A program made the position numbers and the translations under genes. A DNA stretch of 64,000 nucleotides from the human T2T-CHM13v2.0 reference genome, Homo sapiens, in NCBI RefSeq assembly GCF_009914755.1, contig NC_060942.1; one strand, written 5' to 3'. Positions 41,596-55,076 of the stretch are shown in pieces (the stretch's first letter is position 1; every line of letters begins with the position of its first letter). The notes beneath the pieces are model-generated. The model did no database searches and had not been told where the DNA came from. It was given only the letters and a program-made list of their open reading frames with translations.

Positions 41596-44500
41596 TTAAA
41601 TATACAGAAAAAAAATGCTAAGATTATGAGGATGATTGAAACCAACAATAGTTCATACAGACATCACACTAAAAAACAAAAATTGAATTAATGAATTTCA
41701 AAAGTAAAAGGCGTGAAAGGTCTTCATTGTCAGAGAGATAAGTTACATTATTTTTTTTTCTTTGAGTCAAGCCTGTCTTCAAGACCTGCAGGAATGGCAC
41801 TCCCCAAAAATTGTTTTGGTTGCATTGGCTCTGTCAGTTTCATTGGCTGTGTGAGTTCACACTCTGACCTGCCTGTTTCTCTTGATTGAAGTCGTTTGTG
41901 GTTGTCAAACCTATGTGCTATGAACCCTGATAACCAGGTGGGGAAGACTGTCACTTGGCTTACCCAGCTGAATAATAAAGTTTAGACATTTTTAGAAAGC
42001 AGTTGATTCCTAGAATAAAACCATCAATAATCAATAATTGGGGGAATAAGTACCATCAGTAAAAGAAAGATGACCTTAGTATCAATATTGAATATTCCTA
42101 AATGCTACAAATTTATTTCTTCATAAAGATTACTACATTACAGAGTATTAGCTTGTATAGTAAAATGCAGTGAAACATTTTTTCAAAATTAGCAGAATTT
42201 TCTTTGAGGTATTTTTTGATGAATGTGTGGTAGTTTGTGATATTTTACTCAGTACTGAGTTTATTGTGACAACTTTGTGGCAAAGAAAAAGCAAAGATAG
42301 TAAATAGATTTAGGTGACAAAAGGTCAGGGGAAAACAAAACTAAACATAATTCATGATTTGGGTCTTTGCGCATCAGGTAAGTAATACAATATATACTCA
42401 AAGATGTGGACCTCAGGTGGCACCTATGTTGCTGTCATTTTTCAGTAGCAAAGTGTAGTAACAGATTAACCCCACTCTCTCCAGTTACTTCGTACATGCT
42501 TACTGAAAGACAAAATGATGGAAATGACCAGTAGAGGGGCTCCCTACTGATGTACCATCTTCATCTCTTGCTGGGCCTTAGCAACCAACCTAAGAAATGG
42601 AAGAAAATAGTACGTACCTGGAATCAACCCAGAATACTTTGATGAATTAGAGGGGTGTTTTAATATTTTCCTCTCTGTACAAAACGAGTTTGTATTTACA
42701 TTTGTAAAACTTATAACAGTGTTTATAATTAACATTTTGGGACCGTAATGGAAACATATATTCTCTCTGCCAGTGGAGCATGTGAGTAAATAATAGAAAA
42801 CGTGATAGAAAACCTTTGAGGGCAGATATTGTGGAGCATAGGTTGTGTGACTCTTGTTTTTTTAAAGCCGCTGATAGTTGGTGTCGATTGTAGAATAACC
42901 TATATTGGCTGATTCCTGGATAATCAAGCCATCATTTAATTCAATATTATCCTTGGAATAAGCTAGAGATTACTCTGTTATGGTAAGAAAGCAGCTTCAT
43001 TGAAAAGTGATTCTAGTTAAATTTTAGGTTTATTTTATCAGAATAAGGCAAGATCAAAGGCTCTTAGTTTATTTCGAGGCTCAAATCAAATAAAAACAAA
43101 GATCCATCAACATCTTTTAAATAAACAATAAGGATTTCCTTGTGAATTATTATTTTAACATGATTCAACCAACATTTCTGTTTAACCTACATATTACAAC
43201 ATCCATGTTACACATATGTTCACCAAATTTAAATTATTATGTATGTCTATAATTTACTTATGTGGCATCATTATCATAAAAACAGCATTCATACATTGTG
43301 GTATTTAAACTATAATGCAAAGATAGTTTACATAAGTTTATTTTTATTAGAGAATTGTTTACAACTTAAAACAGACATGACACAAATGTAAGAAAAATAA
43401 TCAGCATACTATATGTAGACACTAAAATGGTAAATAAAAATATATATAGATAAAGAATAAATATGATGTAGATGCATAGATTGCTAAGATAATTGATGAC
43501 AAGGTCTGGAGGAAATGAGAAAAAGGAAAATAGATCCAGGATATCAAGTTCCAAAATGAACAAAGGTTAATCCTTTTGAAAGTGCAAACTAGAATCTATT
43601 AATATTTCCAATACTTCTTAATTTCAGAATGCATGAATGCCTCTCAGGTTTGCTTCTTTCTCAACATGAGCTATATTTGCTTTTCAATATTAGCATTGTA
43701 CATGAGAATATGTCTTTGTGTTGGCAATAACCATCTTCAAATAAATAAACCGGCATGCATTTCCTACACATTATAAAAAGCGTGCTAGTAGAACATATAA
43801 TTATGATAATAATGTAAAAAAGAGCATAAGTATTTTAGAAGTCCCTAAATATTCTTTAGTTTTTGTTTTGATTTCTGATGGAGATAAAATAGCTATAAAA
43901 CATGAAAAGGATATTTGAAATTTAAATTGTAAATATTTTACCTGAAAATTTAAATTTAAAATCACAAGAATCGTTCTTGCTTCATCACACATCTTTGAGT
44001 TTGTTCTCAGATTTTCATTTTGTGCATTTAAAATGGTTTCATAGCCTTCTCCTACTCTAATAAAATCATAACCTACACTCTCTAGCAAATAATTTTATTG
44101 AATATACGTGTTTAAATATCACAGGTATTAAAATTAAACCTCTATTTCAGGAAGAGTTTACTGTGTTTTAAAGTGGATTATGTTTAATCTCCATAGAGAC
44201 TTGTTGACTTAGACTTTAAAAAGTGTTTTCAGCCTTTTGGCATTTTGAAAATATTTCAATTTTCAAGAATTTGGCTTCTAGAATTTATACACAAAGAAGA
44301 ATTAAATAAAAATAAATATAAAAACTGAAAGTAAATTTGGAAAGACTTATGATCACTACAATTTATTATTTCTTGTTCAGTTTTGTACAGCCTTAGCTTT
44401 CTAATTATAAGAGGTAAAGTACGTCGTGCATTACAAGTAGTTAGAAAAATAAAAATTGATATTACATGAAGTGCATATGTTTAAATATATTTAGGCATTT

Positions 44501-45757
44501 CCTGGTCATACAATATTGCAAGGGTATTTGGGTCAGAAGATACATCTTTTTGGTCTTTCGTCTTCTGAAAGTTTTACCTATGTTTCATATAGTGAAAGCA
44601 AAGTACATTTTGCAAGTGAAAATAGACATTATTAGATAATGCAGTGAATTTTTTTTGCCTCTATTATTTTAAATTACAAGATCATCTTCATTTAGTTTTA
44701 TTATAGTAATAAAATACTGTCCAGGAAACAATATCAAAACAAAGTGCCCAGAAATCTAGGGAGAGTCAAATACGGTATCTAAAAATTAGAATTTATATAT
44801 TTAAAAAATGAGATAAGATAATTCACAATGTGATATATTTCTCTCATTCCTTCTGTATAATCCCTCCCTTTTTTGAGGTTTTATTTTGTAACTAATATGT
44901 TACTCATTTATGCTATAGAAAGTTTTCTGAGCTCTTTATTGAAAAGTTGTTACTGTAATTAAAAAAACAAAATAAGTACTTATAATCCATAGTTGTATTC
45001 TACTTTAACAGTGTTTCCTTTCAATACTTAAACATACCTGCTCATTTGAGTTACTACTTCATGCTGTATAGACAAACTAGAAAGCAAATATTTAATACAC
45101 TTTTCAGGAAAATATCATTTCTCTTAAGCTTATAAATCTTTTAAACTTCTTAAATGTGCTTAACTTTAGTAGTCAGAGATTAGTATCTCTACCACTTGAC
45201 AGTATATTTTTGCTCTTTTTTTCAAAAATTTGCATGATGTTTGATAATTTTAAATGACACACTTTGCTGTTTAGATACCTCATCTTCATTATCTGGGATA
45301 CAATAATTATTTTTAAAAACATGCTGTGTTAATTGCATTATAGCACTATTAATAACAATAACAGCCATTTTCTTTTCAAATTTATAGTTGCAGATTTTAT
45401 GGATAACATGATTTCTGAGACTTACCTCATAGTATTTCAGTGAGGGCAGAAATAAATAGAGACAGAGATTAAATAAGTTTGATCATGACCTAAATAACTG
45501 TGGAATCTAAGTAAATAGTGTGTAAGTGTTTAACAAACTACTCTAGTTTCATATGGTTTCATCAGATAATGATTACCACAAAATGAGAATATGACAATTT
45601 CCATTCTGAAACCAGAAAACTGAAATTACAAAAATACTGTCTCATATTCTCACCTGATTGCACATATAATTATTTATATATGCAACATATGGGCTATTTG
45701 CTTATAAATATGCATGTATTAAATATAGGTCTATATATAATTTTTATGTGCAAAATA

Positions 45758-46120
45758 TATGGTAGAGACTTCTAGAGGTCCTGATAATATCTACTCCTCT
45801 CTTCCATAGTAATAGAATATTTGGCTAAGCTCTTGGTGTGAAGTTTTGCCACGTGAATTGATTCCAGCTAAGGGACGAGGAGAAAAAGTTTGACATCCAC
45901 ATTTCTGGACACAGTTTTCAATGTATAAGAACTTATTCTTTTCTTCCTGTTTGTCACTTCCCAGAAGCTAGAATGCAGATGTGATGAGGCTTTTCCCTCT
46001 ATGCATAATAGGATAACATCTTAAATATGGTGAGTCAAAAATAGAAAACCTGGAGCATCCTATGACACTCAGCAACCATTCTGGGTTTGGACTATTAGGT
46101 AACATGGAAATAAATAAAGT
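45758..46120 (+). mobile_element. MLT1J-like MaLR LTR
   Basis: TATGGTAGAGAC...CTTCCATAGTAATAGAA...GCTAGAATGCAGATGTGATG. Confidence 0.55.
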
Positions 46121-46779
46121 TTTTTTCTTTTAAAAAAGACATATATTGAGTTGAAAAATGTTCGACCTTTTTCAAGTGAGAAATGAAACCAAACAAGGAG
46201 ATTTCTCATTGCGTTCTCATTTGATATTCTATATCATTCTTCTTAAAAGCTCCTTATATAACCCTGCCCCTAGAAATTTCTCACTGATCACCCTTTAACC
46301 ACGATGTGGTTAAAGGAATGTTGCATAGCTGTAAAAAATGCCTTTTATTTTAGTATATTTCCACTTAAATTTTCTCTCTTTGAGACTACCGAGGTATTTA
46401 TTATAGTATAGTATATATTACGTATTCTAAATATTTAGTGCCTTATTCAGAGAAATTTGCACAGCTTTGCATATCACATTTATTTTCCCAGACTGAATAC
46501 AAAGACTTTCCTTCCCCAAATCATAATAGCAAAAAATTCCATTTATGTAATGCTCTAAATAAAATGACAGTTTTCAACCTAAGGAAAAGTCTGTTGCTCT
46601 GATGATTAACCTCTTTAACTATTTTAATGTTTTAAACACAAATACAATAAACTTCTTTTCTCTTCCCTGGTCTTCCTGGAGTAAGTAAAAGCTGGATTGA
46701 GAGGGTGAAATGACAACAACAACGTCAATAATGGCAACAATTTGTCTCCAGTTACATTGAGTTTAAGTAATTAATAGCT

Positions 46780-47503
46780 CTTTTGATTATAATAGCTTTA
46801 TAATATATTTTTAAATCAACGAGTGTGATATCTCCAGATTTGTTCTTTTTGGTCAAAACCATTTGGCAACTTGGGGCCCTTCGTATTCCCATATAAATTT
46901 AAGGATGCTTTTTATTTTTGTGAAAAATGGCATTAAAATTATAATATGAATTGTATTGAATCTGTATTACTTTGGGTGATACAACATTTTAATAAACTTA
47001 ATTATTTCAATCTAGGAACACAGATGTGTTTTTCCATTTATATATTATATGTTACATATATAAATATATACCATATATAATATACCTATAATATGTATAA
47101 TACATATGATTAATCTTTTGTACTTTTTGTTGAGATGGGGTTTTAATATGTTGTCCAGGCTAGTCTCAAACTCCTGACCTAAAGCAATCCATCTGCCTCA
47201 GCCTCCCAAGGTGCTGGGATTACAGGTGTGAGCCACTGCAACCAGCCATATTTCTTTTATTTAATTTTTTTCATCAGTATTAACTAGTTTTCAGTACCAT
47301 AGTGTTTTTCTTCCTCAATTAAATTTACACCTATGTATTTTTATTTTTGTTGCTATTGTAAATAGAATAGCTTTTTTTAAATTTCTCTTTCAGCTAGTTT
47401 GTTAGTATATAGAAATGCTATTGATTATTGTATGTTGATTGTATTTTGTTGATCCTGCAACTTTGCTGAATTAGTTTATCAGTTATAACAGTTTTTTATG
47501 GAT
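46780..47503 (-). mobile_element. Inverted 5' segment of an L1MA element (twin-priming-type inversion)
   Basis: Antisense ORF2 sequence (GTGTGATATCTCCAGATTTGTTCTTTTTGG...ATCCTGCAACTTTGCTGAATT). Confidence 0.85.
47116..47247 (-). mobile_element. Alu left monomer (FLAM or AluJ remnant) inside the L1
   Basis: GAGATGGGGTTTTAATATGTTGTCCAGGCTAGTCTCAAACTCCTGACC...GAGCCACTGCAACCAGCC. Confidence 0.9.
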
Positions 47504-48430
47504 CTATTGTAATCAGAACACCATGATACTAACATAAAAACAGAGACATCAATGAACAGAATAGAAAGCCCAGAAATAAACTCATATATTTAAGGTCAAA
47601 TAATTTATGACAAAGGTATCAAGAACACGCAATGGGAAAAGGACATTTTCTTCAATAAATTATGTTGGGAAAACTGTATATCCATATTTAGAAGAATGAA
47701 ATTAAATTCTTATTTTGCACCAAGTACAAAAATCAACGAAAATGGATCAAAGACTTAAATATAAGCCATGAAACTATTAAATAATTAGAAGAAAACATAG
47801 TGGGGAAAGTTCCGTGACAGTGGTATGGGCAATGATTTTCTGGATATGACCCTGAAAGCACAGGTAACAAAAGCAAGTATAGACAAATGGGATAGCACCA
47901 AACTGAAAATCTTCTTAACAGCAACGACTACAATCAACAGGGCGAAGAGATAACCTATAAAACAGGAGCAAATATTTGCGAACTATATATCTGACAAAGG
48001 GTTAATATCCAAAATTATGTAAGGAACTCAAACAACTATAAAGAAAGATAATCCAATGAAAAAGTGGGCAAAGGACCTGAAAAGACATTCCTCAAAATAC
48101 ACTTGGCCATACAATTGTATGACATAACAATTGACCATGAGATTGATGCAAAAATGCTCACCACCACTAATCATTACAGAAATACCAATTAAAACAATTA
48201 GATATCATCTCAACCTATTAGAATGGCCATTATCAAAAATATTATCATCTTTTTGAAAGAGTTGGCTGGGATGTGGAGAAAGGGATAGCTTGTAAACTGT
48301 TGGTAGGAATGAAATTAGTAGAGTTCTTACGTTAAAAACAGTATGGGGGTTCCTCCAAAACTAAAAATCAAACTACCATATGCCCCAGCAATTTCACTTT
48401 TGGAGATGTGTAGATAGATAGATAGATAGA

Positions 48431-48465
<35 letters not shown>

Positions 48466-49058
48466 GTGTATATATATACATCTATCTCTCCAAAGAAATT
48501 GAAATTAGTATGTTGAAGGAATATCTGTATTCCCATGTTCATTGTAGTATTATTTACAAAAGCCAAGATACGGAAACAACCAAAGTGTCCATGAAAAGAT
48601 GAATGGATAAAGGAAATGTGGTACATATACACGATGGAGTACTATTCAGCCTTTAAAAGAAGGAAATTTTATAATTTACAACAATGTTGATGGCCCTGGG
48701 TAACATTATCTTAAGTGAAATAAGCCAGGCACAGAAAGACAAATATTTCATGATTTCACTTATATGTGGAACCCAAAAAAGTTGAATTAATAGAAGAGTA
48801 GGATGATGGTTACTAGAAGCTGGGGGAGGAGAAAGAAGGTACTGAGTTTTTGGTCAAATGGTACAAAGTTTCTGTTAAGACAGGAGGAACAAATTTTGAA
48901 CTCTATTGCACAGAGTTATTACTATTAAATAATAATGTATTATACATGTTAATTAGCTCAGTTTAATTATTAGACATTGTATACACATATCAAAACATCA
49001 CATTTTACCTCATAAGTGTATATGATTGTGTCAATTAAAATAATATTAATAAAAGAAA
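47504..49058 (+). mobile_element. L1MA (L1MA4-7-like) ORF2 3' part and 3'UTR; contains (GATA)n(CATA)n at ~48411-48480
   Basis: Sense ORF2 (GAATAGAAAGCCCAGAAATAAAC...GAAATAAGCCAGGCACAGAAAGACAAAT) and MA-type 3'UTR ending GTCAATTAAAATAA. Confidence 0.9.
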
Positions 49059-49099
49059 AAGTAATAGCTAAAAAAAGCAGTGACATGATTTAAAAAACT

Positions 49100-49555
49100 A
49101 TTTTATTGCGGTATGATTGACATATACAAAGCTGTACATATTTAATGTATACGTCTTGATGAGCTTGAGGGTAAGCATACAACTGAGAAAATCTCACCAC
49201 CATCAAGGTCATAAATATATTCATAAACTCCCAAAGTTTCCGTATTATTAGTATTTGTTTTTCTTTGCTTGCTTTGGTAAGAACAATTCAAATAAGATCT
49301 ATTGTCAGTTAGTGGCACTGTGCTGTATAGCAGATCGCCAGAACTTATTTATCTCTCATAATGAAACTTTGTACCCTTTCACCATGGTTTTTCAATATTT
49401 TCCCACCCTCAGCCCCTGGTAACCACCATACTACTCTCTGCTTCTATGAATTTGATTATTTTAAATTTTTTCCTATAAGTGCAATCATCTAGTATTTGTC
49501 TTTCTAGGTCTGGTTTATTTCACTTAACATAATGCTATCCAGGCTCATCCATGTG
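49100..49555 (-). mobile_element. L1MA8/9-like 3'UTR fragment
   Basis: TTTTATTGCGGTATGATTGACATATAC...CAGCCCCTGGTAACCACCATACTACTCTCTGCTTCTATGA. Confidence 0.8.
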
Positions 49556-50350
49556 GGTTGACTTTTTTCTACAGTTTTTTTAAATCTCTGATTTATTTCT
49601 GCTCTAATCTTTATTATGTCTGTCATTCTTCTAACTTTGGGTTTAGTTTTTTTTCTCCTTTTTCTAGTTTCTTGATGTGAAAAGATAGGTCATTTACTTG
49701 AAATCTTGGATCCTAATCTTGGATCCTAATTTACACCATACAACAAAGTAAATTCGAGACGGATTACAGACTTAAACATAAGATCAGAAACAGTAAATTC
49801 CTAGAAAAAGACATAGGGAAATGTTTCCTTTATGTTGGCCTTGGCAGTATATTTTTGGATATCAACCAAAAGCTCAGGCAACAAAAGCAAGAACAAACAA
49901 GTAGGATTGCATCAAATTAACGGCTTCCACACAGCAAAAGAAGCAATCAACAAAATGAAAAAGCAGCCTATGAATTGGGAGAAAATATTTGCAAACCATA
50001 TAATTGGTAAGGGGGTTAATATCCAAAATATCTAAGAAAATCAATAATGAAAAACCAAAAAAATTTAATTAAAAAAATGGGCAAGAATCTGAATACACTT
50101 TTTTTCAAACAAGACATAAAAATGGCCAGTAGGAATATAAAATGTTGTCAATATCACTAATCATCAGGAAATGCAAATCAAAACTACACCAATATATTAA
50201 GTCTGGTATTACACCACACTGTTAAGATGGCTGTTATTACAAACGTAAGAGATAATAAGGCATGGGTGTGGAGAAAAGATAAACATTATACATTATACAT
50301 TATACATTATACATTATACATTATATACCATTGGTGGAAATACAAAATGG
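49556..50350. mobile_element. L1M ORF2 fragments in opposite orientations (minus 49556-49705, plus 49706-50350)
   Basis: Antisense TTTATTTCTGCTCTAATCTTTATTAT, then sense ORF2 (FHTAKEAINKMKKQPMNWEKIFANH); (ACATTAT)x6 at 50283-50324. Confidence 0.8.
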
Positions 50351-50355
50351 ATTCG

Positions 50356-50604
50356 CCAAACACAGCAGGTTCTCACTCATAAGTGGAAGGTGAACAATGA
50401 GAATACATGGACACAGGGAGGGGAATATCACACATGGGGGCCTGTCGGGGGGTGGGGAGCTAAGGGAGGGATAGCATTAGGAGAAATACTTAAAGTAGAT
50501 GACCAGTTGAGGGGTGCAGCAAACCACCATGGCACGTGTATACCTATGTAACAAGCCTGCAAGTTCTGCACTTGTATCCCAGAACTTAAAGTATATTAAA
50601 AAAA
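50356..50604 (+). mobile_element. L1PA7-like 3' end, heavily 5'-truncated
   Basis: GCATTAGGAGAAATAC...GCAGCAAACCACCATGGCACGTGTATACCTATGTAAC...CAGAACTTAAAGTATA, A-tail. Confidence 0.9.
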
Positions 50605-50631
50605 AGTTAACTATGCAAAATTTGTGTGTAT

Positions 50632-50946
<315 letters not shown>

Positions 50947-52021
50947 AAATTTGAGTGTATTTTTTATCCAATATTAAAATGCCCTGTCCATGAGGCTGAC
51001 ATGCAGTGGACATGAATCAGTTAATAACTAGTAAAATCAGAGTACTACAACAGAAGATATTCCGTTAAATGAGAGGAAAGTTATTAGAAATTTGCTGATT
51101 TCTGAGCTCTGGGGGGCATATCTTTCTGATTTTACTCATAAGGAAAGGAGCTCTCTCCTGACAAAATAACAAATTAAATTAAATTTTAAAAATTTTCTCT
51201 CCAACAAGCACAGGCCTCTTTTCTTCATTGTTCAGAATCAATGAGTAAACCATTCTCGGATTACAGTCTAGCCAATAATTAAATGGCTTGGCATTAAAAC
51301 AAATTCTTCTGTTTTCGAAATACAGATGTTGTAGATGTGTTATTCAACTGTGAACTCTGCATAACAGCAGAAGGAATAGCTGAGAGTTCTCTGCTATCGA
51401 ATTCCAGTAGAGAAAAGAAGCTGTTCCTAAGCAGAAAAGCATAAAATTGCAGAAGAGAATCAAAGAACACATAACCAGCAATCTAAAGGAGAGTTTTAGA
51501 AGCTGGTGGGGGACACCTCTCCTAGCCATGTGCTGAAGTTCCTCACTACTTCCCTAGTGAGGAGGAAAAAGATGTTAGCACAAAGCTGTGATACACATTA
51601 ATTATAATGCTCTGTCCGTATGCCTCTCTTACTTTTTTTTTTTTTTTTGCAATTTTTAGAAAATGATATTCTGTTCTTTTTATGGAGTGGGTGGGTTTAG
51701 GCACTGTTGACTATTTCTTTTTTGCTGTTTTTCTTTTCTGTCTTGAATTAAATAACATATTTAGTTATCAAATATATGTTGGAATACATCCAAATATCAA
51801 CTATATATGTATATAGAGAGATATATGCATGTGTTTATATATATCTCACATATTACAATTGCTGCCAAAATCATTCTGCTCAGTGGGTAGAAGAAATATC
51901 AGTATACCTTACAAACTGCTTTCTGAAGAAGGCTTATTGCCATCTGGGTAGACTACACATGGCATTTATAATAAATGCTCAGGACACATTTATTGAATAA
52001 TATCTGAAAATGAGGAATTAA

Positions 52022-52411
<390 letters not shown>

Positions 52412-52531
52412 TGAAGAATTAACAATAAGACAGTTGTAACCATTCAGGGAAAAGCCTATGTGTTACTTTGGACTACAAGTTTCATCTTAAAAATACAGAG
52501 AGCAGGAAAGAGCATTGTTTCTACCCATACA

Positions 52532-52569
<38 letters not shown>
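52532..52569. repeat. (AAT)n microsatellite
   Basis: Direct reading. Confidence 0.95.
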
Positions 52570-52570
<1 letters not shown>

Positions 52571-52759
52571 GAGCGAGAAACTGGTCAAATTGCAAACATA
52601 TGATTTTAAAAACAAACAAAAATCAGAGAACTGAAGATTCTCATATCTAGGGAAAGACAAACATTTAATCTGATATCTAGGGAAAGACAAGTCCCTACAG
52701 GGTCCAAAAAAGAAAAAAATTAAAAGACTTAACCATGTGTGTACCTGACCGTGTGTGTA

Positions 52760-54452
52760 CCTGGGGCAGACTCTCCTGGATGCTCTCTAAGGCAGAGAGA
52801 AGATTCAGCTAAGTATTTTTAATGAATTGCTAAAGGCCAAGTGTGGCTAACATTAAAGTTTGAAGCTCAGGGGGCCTCTGGCATAAAAAAGGTTGCTTAC
52901 TTCTACAATCTTTTCTTGTCTGAAACCCACCATGATTTTACAGGGAAGATCGACCAGGGACCTGAGAAATCTTCCCTCATGCTGCCAAAGGGAAGGATTG
53001 GCAGACACTGCTGAGGCTCCTCCTATTCCCATCTTCCCTATCTACCCTATGGAAAAAGCTTGCTCCTCAGAGGAAAGAACCAAAAACACTGCCAAGTTAG
53101 GACTGGTAAAAACTGTGGCTAGAAAGAAAAAGGAAAATACATTCTTTACCCCTGTCGAAGGTGCAAGAGGACTTGTAAAGATGCAGATTTGAGACCAGGT
53201 ACAACAGAGTCTGCTGAAGACTGAGGCTTCATCAGAATATGTGAGAATGCCCTATTTCCCCTGCTCCACACCAATGCACTACTAAGCACCAAATAAAAAA
53301 CCACAGTGGAGTCCATCTGGGACGGCTGTGGTAGGAATCATCTAAGTAACAGCAGAAGGGGAAGACCCAGGGCCTACTGGAGAGTAGGTATTTGAGAGGA
53401 AGTCCGTGGAAATAAAGGAAATTTAAATCCACTGGCACACTGGCCTTAACTGTGATGACAAACTTCAGTCCCACATGAACTCTGGGCTAGATCAACACAA
53501 ATTCTCATACAAATACTTACTATGAGATGAGATGTACGTACCTTTGTGTCTAAAACATATTTATCTCAGCATCTATTGTTCTGTATAATATACCCAGCTG
53601 TTAACAAAATATTACAAAGCATATGCAAAGGGAAGGCAAAAAGCAATCTGAAGAAACAAAATAATCATCAGACACAGGTACTGAATCTTTTAGACAAGGA
53701 GTTTAAAATCACTGTGATTTACACATTAAAGCCTCTTTTCAAAAAGGGTGAGGAGGTTCACGAATAGATGGATAGTTTCTTATATAAGCCATAAAAAAGA
53801 ACAAATAGTGTTATAAATCAAAACACAGGAACATAAATGAAAGGGCTCACCTGTAGACTCAATATGGTTGAAGAAAGAATTGGTGAACTTGAAAATTGGT
53901 TGATAAAATCATTCAAGGGAAAAAAAATAGTAGAAAAAATGTACAAGAACATATAAGCCTGAAGGACAATATAAAATGCCTTAAAATGTGCCTAATTAGA
54001 ATCTCAGAAGAGAAAACAGTGCAAAAGATAAATCTGAAGACACAATGAACAAGAATTTTCCTGAATTAGTGACAGACACCAAATATCAGACAAAAATATT
54101 TCAGAAACATTAAGCAAGAAAAACATGAAATGCAAGCACACCAAGCATAGTATATTCATTTAAGCAGCTAAAAACCAAAGACAAAAAAATAAAAACAACA
54201 AACAAAGAAAATATTGGTAGCAGCCATAGGGGGAGAAAATATTATCATACTGAGAAACAAGGATAAGAATTTTAGTACATTCCTCACCAGAAAACATTCA
54301 AGAAAGAAGGCAGTGAAGTTACATCTTTAAAATACTGAAAGGAAAAGTAAAAAACAAAAGAAAAAACTGTCAATTCAGAATTTTATACTAGCAAAACATC
54401 TTTCAAAAGTGAAAAAAAAGTAAAGAATTTCTCAGATTAATAAAAACCAAGG
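52760..54452 (+). mobile_element. Old L1M 5'UTR and degenerate ORF1; 5' boundary approximate
   Basis: ORF1-like GAAGAAAGAATTGGTGAACTTGAA, AAGAATTTTCCTGAATTAGTGACAGACACC, ACATCTTTAAAATACTGAAAG, GTCAATTCAGAATTTTATAC. Confidence 0.75.
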
Positions 54453-54454
54453 CC

Positions 54455-54875
54455 ACCTTTATTGTATGATTTCCCCAAACCCTTAACTTCAGTCCAAGCA
54501 TAAGAAAATCTCAAACACAAATTGGGGAGCATACAAAATATCTGACTAATATTCTTCATATGTGTAAAGATCATAAAACTGAAGAAATCCAAGGGAAAAA
54601 GTCAAAGGCAGGAAGAGATTAAGGAGACATTATGACTAAACGCAATTTTGTATTCTGGATTGGATTCTGCAATGGATATAAAACATTAGTTGAACAATTT
54701 GAAAAATCTGAATACAATCAGTAGTTATTTGCATTGTACTAATGTTAATCTTCTAGTTTTAATATAAATGGTTATATTAATATTAACTTTCGAGAAAGGT
54801 AGGTGACGAAAATAAGGGGCTATTTTTGTATTTTTGCATTTTTATGAATATAAAACTATTCTAAAATAAAATTAC
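54455..54875 (+). mobile_element. L1MC/MD-like 3'UTR terminus
   Basis: GGAGACATTATGACTAAACGCAAT...CTGGATTGGATTCTG...AAAACTATTCTAAAATAAAA. Confidence 0.75.
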
Positions 54876-55076
54876 TAAAGAGAAAAAGTCATTTACAAAC
54901 CAACTTCTTTCTTTAAATGTTTAAAGGTGCTGAAATGATCTGCCCTCTGTTGATTCCTTCTGTTGGTTGTTAAGATAAAAGCAAGGTAATAATTTCAACA
55001 GAACTTTCAGACTTATAAAATATTTTTCCTTGTCTACTACATCCAGCTGTCATCTTTCATCTCTTTATCACTTGGG

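Noticed and set aside
42314-42383. Possible plus-strand exon ending in CAG|GTAAGT
   Set aside because: Consensus donor, but no polypyrimidine tract at the candidate acceptor and no recognisable peptide.
50415-50470. G-quadruplex-forming G runs
   Set aside because: Standard L1 3'UTR polypurine tract.
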